This document shows positions 8,814-18,827 of a stretch of 27,651 nt of DNA, piece by piece (within the stretch, counting starts at the first letter, position 1; every line of letters begins with the position of its first letter). A program made the position numbers and the translations under genes. This DNA comes from a virus (Duplodnaviria > Heunggongvirae > Uroviricota > Caudoviricetes). The notes below the pieces were generated by a model that did no database searches, was not told the DNA's origin, and was given only the letters and a program-made list of their open reading frames with translations. Location of the stretch: the IMG/VR virus record IMGVR_UViG_2663763171_000005. One strand, written 5' to 3'.

Positions 8814-9578
8814 ATGAAACTGAAAACGGTCGAGATTAACGGAAAACAATACGCAGAAATTGATACTGCTGGCCTGCCAGTTTATGTGCACGACGATGGT
8901 AAAGAAATTGGCTTCGATGCACCGCTGGCGACAAAAAAAATTACAGAGCTTAATGGCGAGGCAAAAAATCATCGCCTGGCTAAAGAAGCTGCAGAGGAAA
9001 AACTGGCTAAGTTTGCCGCTATCGAAGACCCGAAGAAGGCGATCGAGGCACTGGAAATGCTGTCAAAAATCGACCAGAAAAAGCTGCTCGATGCGGGACA
9101 GGTTGACCAGGTTAAGGCAGAAATTACGAAAAATTTTCAGCAGCAATTAGATGAAGAAAAGCAACGCTCTCAGATGCTGGAGAAGCAGCTTTACGATTCT
9201 ATGATTGGCGGTAGTTTTGCGGGTTCAAAATATATTGCCGATAAAATTGCGATCCCGGCAGATTTATTACAAGCCCGCTTCGGGCAGGCATTCAAAGTGG
9301 AAGAAGGGAGGATCGTTGCTTATGACGCTTCCGGCAACAAAATTTATTCCCGCGCGAAGCCTGGCGAACTGGCGCAGTTTGATGAGGCGCTGGAGTTCCT
9401 TGTCGAAAATTACCCTCAGAAAGACTACATCCTGAAAGCCAGTGGCAACAATGGCGGCGGCTCCCGTCCGACACAGCATGATATTGGTCAGAAAACGATG
9501 AAACGCTCTGCTTTTGATGCACTGGATGTTGCAGGTAAGCAAAACGCATTGAAAGACGGTATCACAATCGTTGATTAA
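8814..9578 (+). CDS. Scaffolding protein
   Basis: ORF 8742..9578. The upstream part overlaps the terminator hairpin, so the start is placed at ATG 8814 (MKLKTVEINGKQ...). Highly charged, helical/coiled-coil-like sequence (EEKQRSQMLEKQLYD) located directly before the major capsid gene. Confidence 0.7.
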   Translation: MKLKTVEINGKQYAEIDTAGLPVYVHDDGKEIGFDAPLATKKITELNGEAKNHRLAKEAAEEKLAKFAAIEDPKKAIEALEMLSKIDQKKLLDAGQVDQVKAEITKNFQQQLDEEKQRSQMLEKQLYDSMIGGSFAGSKYIADKIAIPADLLQARFGQAFKVEEGRIVAYDASGNKIYSRAKPGELAQFDEALEFLVENYPQKDYILKASGNNGGGSRPTQHDIGQKTMKRSAFDALDVAGKQNALKDGITIVD

Positions 9579-9676
9579 CACATTTGTCAGCTTCCGGATG
9601 GGAGCTGGTGTCAGGGCTGGATAGCTCATTACTCCATCTATTCACAATTACGCAAATTTTTAAGGAATATTTAATT

Positions 9677-10816
9677 ATGGCTGGAAATACCCTGACCGGG
9701 TTGATCCCGACTATTTATACCGCCCTGGATGTTGTATCCCGTGAGCAGGTAGGTTTTATCCCTGCGGTAGCAAAAAACGCAAAAGCTGACGCCGCAGCAA
9801 AAGATCAGACGGTAACCGCGCCAGTTGCGCCTGAGGCGAAAACCGAAGATATCGTACCGGGGCCGTCAGCTCCGAATACCGGTGATCAAAATATTGGCAC
9901 TGTTGATGTAAAAATTACTAAATCCAAAATGGCACCGGTTAAATGGAATGGTGAAGAACAACTGGCTCTTGGCCCTTCAGGGACTTACAACACCATTCTG
10001 GCTGATCAGTTCAAGCAGGCTTTTCGCGCCCTTGCAAACGAGGTTGAGGCTGATCTTGGTGCGTTGTATTTCGGTGCTTCCCGCGCCGTGGGAACCGCAG
10101 GGACAACGCCGTTTGGTGTTAAAGATGATCTTTCTGATGCTGCTCTGGCTCGTCAGGTTCTGGAGGATAACGGCGCACCGACAACCGATCTGCAGATGGT
10201 GCTTGGCTCCACTGCCATTGCTAATTTGCGCGGAAAACAGTCTGTATTGTTTAAAGTGAATGAATCCGGCACTGAACAGCTACTGCGTGAGGGCGTGTTG
10301 GGGCGTCTGGAGGGATTCAATATTCACAGTTCGGCAGGTGTGAAACGAGCGCCAAAGGTTGCTGCAACTGGTTATCTCGTGAATGGAGAGAAAAAAGAAG
10401 GCGATGTTCTTATTTCCATTGATACTGGTTCGGGGAGTATTTCTGCAGGTCAGATTGTTACGTTCGCTGGTGATCCGAATCAGTATGTTGTGGCAGCAGC
10501 GACCAGCAATCTGATTACTCTTGCAGCGCCCGGACTGCGTCAGGATCTGGCCGATGATACTGCCATCACAGTTGTTGGGGCCTTTACTGCAAATATGGCG
10601 TTTGATCGCAACGCGTTTCTGCTGGCATCCCGTACTCCGGCAATGCCGGAAGGTGGCGATAATGCTGATGATGTAATGAATGTTACGGACCCGATTTCAG
10701 GGATTACGTTCCAGATTGCACTGTATCGTCAGTATCGCCAGGTGCGCTATGAAGTTGGACTGGCATGGGGTGTTTCATCAGTGAAGCCGGCACATGGTTG
10801 TCTGATTCTTGGTTAA
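9677..10816 (+). CDS. Major capsid (coat) protein
   Basis: ORF 9584..10816. Start placed at ATG 9677, which follows TAAGGAA (MAGNTLTGLIPTIY...). About 380 aa, directly after the scaffold and followed by a strong terminator hairpin. Confidence 0.8.
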   Translation: MAGNTLTGLIPTIYTALDVVSREQVGFIPAVAKNAKADAAAKDQTVTAPVAPEAKTEDIVPGPSAPNTGDQNIGTVDVKITKSKMAPVKWNGEEQLALGPSGTYNTILADQFKQAFRALANEVEADLGALYFGASRAVGTAGTTPFGVKDDLSDAALARQVLEDNGAPTTDLQMVLGSTAIANLRGKQSVLFKVNESGTEQLLREGVLGRLEGFNIHSSAGVKRAPKVAATGYLVNGEKKEGDVLISIDTGSGSISAGQIVTFAGDPNQYVVAAATSNLITLAAPGLRQDLADDTAITVVGAFTANMAFDRNAFLLASRTPAMPEGGDNADDVMNVTDPISGITFQIALYRQYRQVRYEVGLAWGVSSVKPAHGCLILG

Positions 10817-10826
10817 ACATTCAAAC

Positions 10827-10848
10827 GGGGCTTCGGCCCCATTTTTAA
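10827..10848 (+). terminator. Intrinsic terminator-like hairpin after the major capsid gene
   Basis: GGGGC-TTCG-GCCCC (5-bp GC stem, UUCG loop) followed by ATTTTTAA. Confidence 0.6.
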
Positions 10849-10858
10849 TGGGGGGCAT

Positions 10859-11035
10859 ATGGCCGGATTAACTAAAGAGCAAAGAGCACAGCGTGAAGCC
10901 GCACAAAAAACGCAAATTGAGTTAGTGGTTATGGTGACCGATTATCAGATGTTTCCCGGCGCACCAACTATCGCTAATGTTCATCCTGATGAAGTTGACA
11001 ACTGGAAGGCTATGGGCTGGAAAACTCAGGAGTAA
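10859..11035 (+). CDS. Small hypothetical protein (58 aa), absent from the supplied ORF track
   Basis: ATG 10859 preceded by GGGGGG; translation MAGLTKEQRAQREAAQKTQIELVVMVTDYQMFPGAPTIANVHPDEVDNWKAMGWKTQE; TAA at 11033-11035. It fills the capsid-to-connector gap exactly and ends 3 nt before the next ATG. Confidence 0.45.
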   Translation: MAGLTKEQRAQREAAQKTQIELVVMVTDYQMFPGAPTIANVHPDEVDNWKAMGWKTQE

Positions 11036-11038
11036 CAC

Positions 11039-11434
11039 ATGATCACTTACGTGACCTGTGATGACGTTGATAATGCGTTTGGGAACGCCTGGACGAGTGA
11101 GAACGCTAAAAATAAAGCTGTTTTAATGGCTAATGCCTGGCTTAATGGCTTCAACCTGAAAATTAACCCATCCCGTATTCCGGAAGAGGTAAAACTTGCG
11201 GGAGCATATGCAGCCAGAATTGCCTCATTCGGTAAGTTGTTTCAGCAGAAAAATGATTCTGGCGTTGTTATCAGTAAAGCCGTGTCGGCTGACGGGGTCA
11301 GTGTATCGAAATCATTTTCTGAGTTGCCAGCAAACAGCACTGCATTGCTTGAACCCGATTTACAGCTTGCGATAGCACTGCTGAAACCGTACGGACTTAG
11401 TCGCTCACAAGTCAGGGTTGTGAGGGGGGGATAA
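11039..11434 (+). CDS. Head-tail connector / head completion protein
   Basis: 131-aa ORF at the head-tail joining position; stop overlaps the next start (TAATG). Call is by synteny. Confidence 0.6.
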   Translation: MITYVTCDDVDNAFGNAWTSENAKNKAVLMANAWLNGFNLKINPSRIPEEVKLAGAYAARIASFGKLFQQKNDSGVVISKAVSADGVSVSKSFSELPANSTALLEPDLQLAIALLKPYGLSRSQVRVVRGG

Positions 11435-11817
11435 TGGGGCTTCGTGAAGAGATTCAGTCAGAGGTTGCCGCTGCTTTTGATGAGGATTTAGCGGACGCCG
11501 TGAGTGATTTTTCTGGTTCTTACGTTACGCACCGGCACTGGGATCCTGTGACGGAAACTGGCGGCGAATCCACCGCAATCTATACCGGGCGAGGCGTGTT
11601 GACACGTTATAAGCTGGGCAGAATTGATGGGATTAATATTTTGCATGGTGACCTTAAATTAACCGCTCTGGTATGCGAGGTTACGGATAAACCAGCTGTC
11701 GACCATATTATTGAGATTTATGATCCTGTATCAAGGCAGTTACAACGATACGAGGTAATTACAGCAAGTGTAGATCCTTCCGCATCAGTTTACTCTATCC
11801 AGTTAAGGAGAGCGTAA
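11434..11817 (+). CDS. Head-tail joining (head closure) protein
   Basis: 127-aa ORF, translationally coupled to its neighbours. Call is by synteny. Confidence 0.55.
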   Translation: MGLREEIQSEVAAAFDEDLADAVSDFSGSYVTHRHWDPVTETGGESTAIYTGRGVLTRYKLGRIDGINILHGDLKLTALVCEVTDKPAVDHIIEIYDPVSRQLQRYEVITASVDPSASVYSIQLRRA

Positions 11818-12198
11818 ATGGCAAAGGCATGGGATATAGAACCGTCAATATTTGCCGGGATGATTGAGGAAGATGTAGGGCTGAAGATTCGCTACATCGC
11901 TATGCAGATTCTTACTGCTATTGATATTGCTGCTCCGGTTGATACCGGACGTTTCAGAAATAACAACCTGGTGTCGTTACAGCATCCCGATTTTGGTATA
12001 TCTGATAACGTGGATCCGAACGGTACGATTGCTGTTCAGCGTGGGATCGGGGTTATTTCGAAAGCTGCAAATTACGGGGTTATTTATATCCAGAATAACC
12101 TTCCTTATGCAGAGGCTCTTGAAAACGGTCATTCACAACAAGCGCCAACTGGCGTGTATGCCAACGCTTTTCATGGTGTTTTACAGGCTTACAAATGA
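11818..12198 (+). CDS. HK97 gp10-like neck / tail completion protein
   Basis: 126-aa ORF with the C-terminal motif NNLPYAEALENGHS, which resembles the HK97 gp10 family signature. ATGA overlap with the next gene. Confidence 0.65.
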   Translation: MAKAWDIEPSIFAGMIEEDVGLKIRYIAMQILTAIDIAAPVDTGRFRNNNLVSLQHPDFGISDNVDPNGTIAVQRGIGVISKAANYGVIYIQNNLPYAEALENGHSQQAPTGVYANAFHGVLQAYK

Positions 12199-12587
12199 AG
12201 TTTACTGAAATCAGAAATACGGTTATTTCCAGAATGACGGCACAGACGATTATTGATGGAAAAGACGTATTGTATCCGAACGGGCCAACGTTCGATCCTT
12301 CCGGTAAGTTAATCTGGGCGCGGTTAAGTAATATTCCCGGGCAGGCTGGAGTTAATGAAATTGGCGCGGGGCCGGTTGTTTATCGCACGGGGATAATCAT
12401 TATTCAGTTATTTGTCCCCGCAGGTTCTGGTTCAAAACTCATTACTGAGACAGCCGATAAATTGCGGGAACTGTTTGAGTTTCAGGATGACGATCGTCTC
12501 AGTTACCAGGCTGTTTCCTCAATAGCCGTTGGCGAAAAGAATGGCTGGTTCCAGCTTAATCTTCAAATTCCATATCGCGCGCTCTAG
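12195..12587 (+). CDS. Tail terminator / tail completion protein
   Basis: 130-aa ORF immediately upstream of the major tail protein. Call is by synteny. Confidence 0.55.
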   Translation: MKFTEIRNTVISRMTAQTIIDGKDVLYPNGPTFDPSGKLIWARLSNIPGQAGVNEIGAGPVVYRTGIIIIQLFVPAGSGSKLITETADKLRELFEFQDDDRLSYQAVSSIAVGEKNGWFQLNLQIPYRAL

Positions 12588-12613
12588 CGCAATTAATGAC
12601 ATAGGAGGCTCCT

Positions 12614-13576
12614 GTGAGTTCAGGTGCAAAGGTTATCTCGGCATTTATCCGGGAGACGGTTGCAGGCACTACGCCAGCAAGTGGTGACTGGAGTTTATTA
12701 AAACGCACAAGCTGGGGAGTAAAACCCACCCAGAATAAAGGCGAAAATAATGAGATTGGTGGCTCCCGGATGGCTCAGGGGGCGACGCCTGGCACTGTGG
12801 ATGTCGGCGGTGATGTTGGTACCAAATTTCGCTGGGGTCAACATGATGATTTTCTTGCATCCTGTTTCGGCGCGGAATGGTCAGGCGATTCTCTGACAAT
12901 GGGGAATGAGCGAATAACATTTTCTCTGGCGACCTATGCGTCCGATGTCGGAATTGCCTCTGTCGTCAGAGGAGCGCAGGTTGGCTCATGGAAAATGCAG
13001 ATCCCTAACGACGGCGATATTACAGCGACCGTAACCTTTGCCGGACTGGACTGGGAATCAAAGGCCGATGATACGAATTTTATCAAAGGCGAACCTGTGG
13101 ATAGTGCAGGAAAGCTACGTTATTCGTTTAAGGAGGTTTCAGCAGTAAGCCTGAATGGTGTTGCCGGAGGTAACGGTTTTTGTATCGACAGTTTTGATAT
13201 TCAGTTCGATAACAAACTCCAGACACAGCGTTGTATCGGGACTGGCTCGCCTTATGCAGGAGCAAATATTCCGACTACTTTTACACCGTCCGGTACGGTG
13301 ACGCTTTCATGGTCTAAAGCCGCGTGGGAAATCTGGAGTAAAACACTGACTGGAGAAACAGTTCCGTTCAGCTTCACGCTTTCGAATGGAGAGGGGGCAT
13401 ACACTTTCAGTTTCCCGAAGGTTCAGGTGTCAGGTGAATGGCCTGATGGGGGTAATAGCGACATTATCCAGGTTCAATTGAGCATTACCGCAGCAGATGA
13501 AGCACCTACGATAACCAGAAAAAAAAATTCCCCGGCTGCCGTGATCGCAAAAGCCAGTGCTGAGGCGATTAGTTGA
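12614..13576 (+). CDS. Major tail (tube) protein
   Basis: 320-aa ORF with a GTG start at 12614, 5 nt after AGGAGG (12603-12608). Lies directly upstream of the chaperone pair and tape measure gene. Gly/Ser/Thr-rich, beta-type sequence. Confidence 0.8.
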   Translation: MSSGAKVISAFIRETVAGTTPASGDWSLLKRTSWGVKPTQNKGENNEIGGSRMAQGATPGTVDVGGDVGTKFRWGQHDDFLASCFGAEWSGDSLTMGNERITFSLATYASDVGIASVVRGAQVGSWKMQIPNDGDITATVTFAGLDWESKADDTNFIKGEPVDSAGKLRYSFKEVSAVSLNGVAGGNGFCIDSFDIQFDNKLQTQRCIGTGSPYAGANIPTTFTPSGTVTLSWSKAAWEIWSKTLTGETVPFSFTLSNGEGAYTFSFPKVQVSGEWPDGGNSDIIQVQLSITAADEAPTITRKKNSPAAVIAKASAEAIS

Positions 13577-13636
13577 TTTTCCGTTATTCCTCCTGTGGTA
13601 CTGCCCTACAGGGGGACGCATTGAATGAGGTTATGG

Positions 13637-14086
13637 ATGTTTATTCTTAATCAGAAAATTATCATTGGTGGAGAACGCTGGTTTACGCCAATGAAGGACT
13701 TAAAACCTGTAGACGGGTTAAAACTGTTGGTGGCAAGCAGCGATAACGATCAGTATCGCTCCCGTAATGCATTAATCCGTCGCCACATTGAGAAAATGGA
13801 TGCCAGTTTGCACGTCGGAACGAAGGAGTTTGATATTTCAAAGGTTTCCGAGGTGGATTCTGTTGATGATTTACTCATTGATAATGCCGCTCGTTATCTG
13901 CTGAAAGACTGGAAAGGGGTTGGTGAACTGGTTAATGGTGTTGAGGTTGCACTGGAATATACGGCAGAACGAGGGATCGCGCTGCTTAAGCAGAATCCAG
14001 AGTTGTACTGGCAGATCCTTGCAGAAGCAGCCAGCATCGCCCAGGGTAAAGAGCAGCAGAAGCAGGATACGATAAAAAAGCCATAG
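13637..14086 (+). CDS. Tail assembly chaperone (lambda gpG analogue)
   Basis: ORF 13625..14086. Start placed at ATG 13637, 6 nt after GAGG. Acidic protein. Ends ...DTIKKP with the slippery heptamer A AAA AAG in its last codons. Confidence 0.8.
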   Translation: MFILNQKIIIGGERWFTPMKDLKPVDGLKLLVASSDNDQYRSRNALIRRHIEKMDASLHVGTKEFDISKVSEVDSVDDLLIDNAARYLLKDWKGVGELVNGVEVALEYTAERGIALLKQNPELYWQILAEAASIAQGKEQQKQDTIKKP

Positions 14087-14394
14087 CTGCCCAGCGGTGG
14101 TTATCGGAGTTCGGGGGAGAAAGGGGGGAAAAGGCAAGATGGAAGCGAGAAAAACTCAGGTTGCCACCGATACCGGAACCAGAAATAGACCCGGTGCTTA
14201 AGGAGTTGTTGTACGCCTATTCGGTAATATCCCGTGCCCGACGTTATGCTGGAATGGCTGGGGTGCCTTTGCCTTTATCTCTGACAGAGATAAATGAATA
14301 TTTAGCCACTCATCCGGTATTGATTGAGCGCGATGAATTTGAAGCAGTGATCTTTGCACTGGATGACCAGTATTTTCAGGAGCAGTGTGTGTAG
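13637..14394 (+). CDS. Tail assembly chaperone frameshift fusion product (lambda gpGT analogue); -1 shift at 14074..14080
   Basis: After a -1 shift on A AAA AAG (14074-14080), the new frame is open and runs into the track ORF 14161..14394 (...PPIPEPEIDPVLKELLYAYS...), stopping at TAG 14392-14394. The fused frame ends just upstream of the tape measure gene, the canonical arrangement. Confidence 0.7.
14074..14080 (+). promoter_or_regulatory. Programmed -1 ribosomal frameshift slippery heptamer A_AAA_AAG
   Basis: The heptamer ATA-AAA-AAG sits in the zero frame of the chaperone gene three codons before its stop. It is identical to the classic dnaX-type slippery sequence. Confidence 0.7.
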
Positions 14395-14515
14395 TTGTTA
14401 ATTACGTACACTCTGTTACAGAGATGTGATGGTGTCTTTAATTAAATCGATGATGCTCCTGGAGAAAAGCATTGCGTGGCCTCGTAATCGCTATATCTAC
14501 TATTATGTCGCCTGA

Positions 14516-14541
14516 AACCCACTTCGCGGTGGGTTTTTTGT
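14516..14541 (+). terminator. Intrinsic terminator-like hairpin between the chaperone genes and the tape measure gene
   Basis: AACCCAC-TTCGCG-GTGGGTT (7-bp stem) followed by TTTTTGTTG, then AGGAG and the tape measure ATG at 14560. Confidence 0.5.
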
Positions 14542-14559
14542 TGTCAGGAGTTTTAATAA

Positions 14560-17500
14560 ATGGCAGAGCAAACCTCGCGTCTCGCAATAATTATTGATAG
14601 CACTGGAGCGAAAAATAATGCTGACAATCTGACCTCCTCATTAGTCAAAATGACGCAGGCTGGGGAAACTGCTGCAAATAGCGCAGGGAAAGTGACTAAG
14701 GCAACAGAAGATGAGAAGAACGCGCTCGCAAAATTAAAAGCAGCTATTGATCCAGTTGGTGCCGCAATTGATACTGTCGGTCGACGCTATTCTGAATTAA
14801 AGAAATTTTTCGATAAAGGGCTTATTGATAAAGAAGAATATGAATTTCTTGTCCGTAAACTTAATGAAACCACAGAGGAATTGAGCGGGGTTGCGCAAGC
14901 GCAGAGAGAAGCCGAGAAGGCCGGAAAACTTGCTGCCGCCCAGCAGGAAGCGCAGGCTCAGGCCTTTCAAAGAATGCTGGACAAGATCGACCCTCTGGCT
15001 GCGGCGCTAAGAAATCTTGAACAACAGCATGATGAACTTAATGCTGCGTTTGCATCCGGGAAAATAAATGGTTCTCAGTTTGAGAATTATAGCCGAAAAA
15101 TACAGGAAACACGGCGAGAGCTTACCGGAGAGGCTCAGGCAGAGCGAGAAGCAGCAAAAGCGCATGATGAACAGGTTGTTGCTTTGCAACGTCTGATTGC
15201 TCAACTTGATCCTGTCGGAACTGCTTTTAATCGTCTGGTAGAACAACAGAAACAGCTCAATGAAGCAAAAGCTAAGGGGATGCTTTCTCCTGAAATGTAT
15301 GAGGAGCTTTCTGGAAAACTTCGTGCTATGCGGAGTGAGCTTGAGGTTACTCAATCACAATTAAGCAAAACCGGAATGTCGGCAAAACAAACGGCTTTTG
15401 CTATGCGCATGTTGCCTGTACAAATGACGGATATTGTTGTTGGGTTGTCCACTGGTCAGTCGCCATTTATGGTGTTAATGCAGCAGGGCGGCCAGCTAAA
15501 AGATATGTTCGGTGGGATTGGCCCGGCGATCAAAGGTGTAGGTTCTTATGTGCTGGGATTAATTAATCCTTTTACCCTGGCCGCAGCAGCCGTTGGGGTC
15601 TTAGGACTGGCTTACTATAAAGGCTCTCAGGAGCAGGACGAATTTAATAAATCTCTTATTCTTACCGGAAATCAGTTGGGGACAACCAGCGGGCAATTGG
15701 GCGATATAGCTCAACGTGCCGGGAATGCGGCTGATTCGACAACTGGTGCTGCGGCGGCAGTATTAAATCAGCTTGTGCGTTCGGGAAAGGTAGCGAGCAG
15801 TTCGCTGGAGCAAGTGACGACAGCGATAGTAAAAACGAGCGAAGTAACAGGAATATCAACCGAACAACTGGTTAATGACTTCAATGAAATTGCAAAGGAT
15901 CCTGTCAGTGCCATATCAAAACTTAATGATCAGTACCATTTTCTGACACTTGCGACTTATAACCAGATTAAGGCGCTACAGGATGAAGGGAACCAGCAGG
16001 AGGCCGCCCGCATTGCGACAGAAGAATACTCATCCTCAATGATCCAGCGCACCAACCAGATTAAAGAAAATCTTGGTTATCTTGAGACTGCATGGAAAGC
16101 TGTCGCAGACTCCGCAAAATGGGCATGGGATTCCATGCTGGATATTGGCCGTGAGGCCTCCCTTGATCAAAAAATCTCAGATGTTCTCCGTCAAATTGAT
16201 GAAATAGAAAAAAATACCCGACCCGGAGTTTTCGGGTTAGGTGGCATTGGAGATGGCGGAGCTCAAAATAAAAGGCTGGCACGATTAAAGCAGCAATTGG
16301 GCGTACTTCAAGCAGAAAAAATTGCTCAGGACGTACTAAATTCATCAATAAACGATTACAACAAGCGACAACAGGAAGGAATTGAACTCAGACAGAGAGC
16401 AGATGCCTTTTCAAAACAATATCAGACCCGGGAGCAGCAGAGAGCTAGTGAACTTGCAAAACTGGAAAAGCTAAAGAATCAGTATTCAAAGGAAGAATAT
16501 AATAATCTTATCGCTCAAATAAATGAGCGTTATAAAGATCCAAAGCAACCAAAGGCGAAAGGTTATTCTGATGATGCAGCCCAACGAATGATTGATCATC
16601 TGAATCAACAGAATGCGTTACTAAGTTCACAAGCTGAGTTGACCGTTAAATTAAGTTCCTCTGAACAGGAACTGGTTAAGTGGCGTCAGCGGATTGCCGA
16701 CCTAGAGTCACGACCATCATCGAAATTAACCCAGGATCAGAAATCGCTTCTCTTACACCGGGAAGAAATAACCACGTTGATGGAGAAAAATGTTGCGATT
16801 GAAAAAAATAACAGGCTAATCAAGGAATCCGCCGAAATAACAGCATGGCGTGATTCATTGCAGGCTTCGATTGATAATCGTCAGCAGGGGTATGATATTC
16901 AGATTGCTGGTTATGGGGTTGGCGATAAAAATCAGCAACGCCAGCAGGAATTACTGCGGATTGAACATGGATATAACAATCAGCGTCTGCAACTTGAACG
17001 TGACTATGCAGATAAATCCCGTGGAATGTCAGATCATGTTTTTCAAGAGAAAATGCAGGCTCTGAATGATGCTCTGGAACGGGAAAAAGAAATTGTCAGA
17101 CAGAAAAACGAGCAGCTCGATATTCAGGCAGGAGACTGGGTTAGTGGTGCCTCCCAGGGATTCAATAACTGGCTGGATGACACTAAGGATATCAGTGAGC
17201 AGATAAAATCAACCACGACTCAGATGTTTGATGGGATGACCGATGCGCTGGGTGATTTTGTCACGACAGGCAAGGCAAATTTTCGTTCTTTCGCTACTTC
17301 CGTGATTTCGGATCTTAGTCGAATAGCATTAAAGGCTTCAATTACTGGGATTTTCGACAGCATTAGTAACAGTTCTTCTGGGGGGATTTTAGGAACTATC
17401 GGGAGTGCTATTAGTAAATTTATTCCGAATGCAAAGGGCGGTGTTTATGAGTCTCCGTCATTGAGCACGTATTCGAACGGTATTTATGATTCCCCGCAAT

Positions 17501-17793
17501 TTTTTGCTTTTGCAAAAGGGGCTGGTGTTTTTGGTGAGGCTGGACCGGAAGCCATTATGCCATTAACACGAACTTCCGATGGTTCTCTTGGTGTCAGAGC
17601 TATTAATAGTAAAAGTGGTAATGGAGGCGGAGATATTACCTATGCCCCTGTATACCAAATCACTATTCAAAATGACGGCCAGAATGGAGAGATTGGCCCT
17701 CAGGCAATAAAAGCACTTATGGGGATGGTTGATCAGCGGGTGCAGGGCAATCTGTTAAATATGCGACGTGATGGGGGAATGTTAAGTGGCTAA
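14560..17793 (+). CDS. Tail tape measure protein
   Basis: 1077-aa ORF downstream of the chaperone pair. N-terminal half is coiled-coil-rich with internal repeats. A central hydrophobic/Gly-rich segment ([32 protein letters not shown]...) is typical of tape measure proteins. Confidence 0.92.
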   Translation: MAEQTSRLAIIIDSTGAKNNADNLTSSLVKMTQAGETAANSAGKVTKATEDEKNALAKLKAAIDPVGAAIDTVGRRYSELKKFFDKGLIDKEEYEFLVRKLNETTEELSGVAQAQREAEKAGKLAAAQQEAQAQAFQRMLDKIDPLAAALRNLEQQHDELNAAFASGKINGSQFENYSRKIQETRRELTGEAQAEREAAKAHDEQVVALQRLIAQLDPVGTAFNRLVEQQKQLNEAKAKGMLSPEMYEELSGKLRAMRSELEVTQSQLSKTGMSAKQTAFAMRMLPVQMTDIVVGLSTGQSPFMVLMQQGGQLKDMFGGIGPAIKGVGSYVLGLINPFTLAAAAVGVLGLAYYKGSQEQDEFNKSLILTGNQLGTTSGQLGDIAQRAGNAADSTTGAAAAVLNQLVRSGKVASSSLEQVTTAIVKTSEVTGISTEQLVNDFNEIAKDPVSAISKLNDQYHFLTLATYNQIKALQDEGNQQEAARIATEEYSSSMIQRTNQIKENLGYLETAWKAVADSAKWAWDSMLDIGREASLDQKISDVLRQIDEIEKNTRPGVFGLGGIGDGGAQNKRLARLKQQLGVLQAEKIAQDVLNSSINDYNKRQQEGIELRQRADAFSKQYQTREQQRASELAKLEKLKNQYSKEEYNNLIAQINERYKDPKQPKAKGYSDDAAQRMIDHLNQQNALLSSQAELTVKLSSSEQELVKWRQRIADLESRPSSKLTQDQKSLLLHREEITTLMEKNVAIEKNNRLIKESAEITAWRDSLQASIDNRQQGYDIQIAGYGVGDKNQQRQQELLRIEHGYNNQRLQLERDYADKSRGMSDHVFQEKMQALNDALEREKEIVRQKNEQLDIQAGDWVSGASQGFNNWLDDTKDISEQIKSTTTQMFDGMTDALGDFVTTGKANFRSFATSVISDLSRIALKASITGIFDSISNSSSGGILGTIGSAISKFIPNAKGGVYESPSLSTYSNGIYDSPQFFAFAKGAGVFGEAGPEAIMPLTRTSDGSLGVRAINSKSGNGGGDITYAPVYQITIQNDGQNGEIGPQAIKALMGMVDQRVQGNLLNMRRDGGMLSG

Positions 17794-18124
17794 TACGGAA
17801 GAATTTCACTGGTTACCAGAGGATGGAATGAAAACAGAAAATAAACCATCGATAAAAACTGTAAGATTTGGTGATGGTTATGAGCAACGAAGTCCAAATG
17901 GACTTAATCATTCTCTGCGCGTTTTCACCTGTGATTTCAAAGTTGAGGCGAATGAACGTGATTCATTTGAAAAATTTTTAGCCCGGCATGAAGGCTATAA
18001 ATCTTTTTTTTGGCGCCCGCCGGGTATTAACAGAAAAATCAGAGTGGTGTGTCGAACGTGGTCAGCGACAGAACATATCACCTATACCGATTTTTCGTGT
18101 CAGTTTGACGAAGTGGTGATCTGA
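17786..18124 (+). CDS. M: Minor tail protein M (tail tip assembly)
   Basis: Translation ...[35 protein letters not shown]... aligns with lambda gpM (FRWKVKPGMDV...VRFGDGYSQRAPAGLN). The alignment supports the upstream GTG 17786 as start, overlapping the tape measure stop. Confidence 0.88.
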   Translation: MANTEEFHWLPEDGMKTENKPSIKTVRFGDGYEQRSPNGLNHSLRVFTCDFKVEANERDSFEKFLARHEGYKSFFWRPPGINRKIRVVCRTWSATEHITYTDFSCQFDEVVI

Positions 18125-18822
18125 TGCAGGACATACAACAGGAAACGCTGAATGAATGCATTCGTGCGGAGCAGTCGGCCAGCGTGGTGCTCTGGGAAAT
18201 CGACCTGACCGAGGTAGGCGGGGATCGCTACTTTTTCTGCAATGAGCAGAACGAGAAAGGAGAGTCTGTCACCTGGCAGAGTCGGCAGTATCAGGCCTAT
18301 CCCATTCAGGGGAGTGGATTTGAGATGAACGGCAAAGGTGCCAGTGCAAGGCCAACGCTGAAAGTCTCTAATCTGCACGGCATGGTCACCGGGATGGCGG
18401 AAGACCTGCAGAGTCTGGTCGGCGGAACGGTGGTCAGGCGTAAGGTTTACGCCCGTTTTCTGGATGCGGTGAACTTCGTCAACGGAAACAGTGACGCCGA
18501 TCCGGAGCAGGAGGTGATCAGCCGCTGGCGTATTGAGCAGTGCAGCGAACTGAGCGCGGTCAGTGCCTCCTTTGTACTGTCCACGCCGACGGAAACGGAC
18601 GGCGCTGTTTTTCCGGGGCGCATCATGCTTGCTAATACCTGCACCTGGACCTATCGCGGTGATGAGTGCGGTTATCACGGTCCGGCTGTCGCGGATGAAT
18701 ATGACCAGCCAACGTCCGATATCACGAAGGATAAATGCAGCAAATGCCTGAGCGGTTGTAAGTTCCGCAATAACGTCGGCAACTTTGGCGGCTTCCTTTC
18801 CATTAACAAACTTTCGCAGTAA
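18124..18822 (+). CDS. L: Minor tail protein L (tail tip assembly)
   Basis: 232-aa translation [33 protein letters not shown]... is near-identical to lambda gpL as I recall it, including the C-terminal Cys cluster CSKCLSGCKF. Confidence 0.93.
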   Translation: MQDIQQETLNECIRAEQSASVVLWEIDLTEVGGDRYFFCNEQNEKGESVTWQSRQYQAYPIQGSGFEMNGKGASARPTLKVSNLHGMVTGMAEDLQSLVGGTVVRRKVYARFLDAVNFVNGNSDADPEQEVISRWRIEQCSELSAVSASFVLSTPTETDGAVFPGRIMLANTCTWTYRGDECGYHGPAVADEYDQPTSDITKDKCSKCLSGCKFRNNVGNFGGFLSINKLSQ

Positions 18823-18827
18823 ATCCC

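Noticed and set aside
9584-9676. Upstream start (9584) for the major capsid ORF
   Set aside because: ATG 9677 has a TAAGGAA Shine-Dalgarno at ideal spacing. The upstream extension begins 5 nt after the scaffold stop, has no Shine-Dalgarno and gives an atypical N-terminus.
13577-13636. Possible hairpin or terminator between the major tail gene and the chaperone gene
   Set aside because: CCTGT...ACAGG gives only a short imperfect stem with a large loop and no U-tract, so it is not convincing as a terminator.
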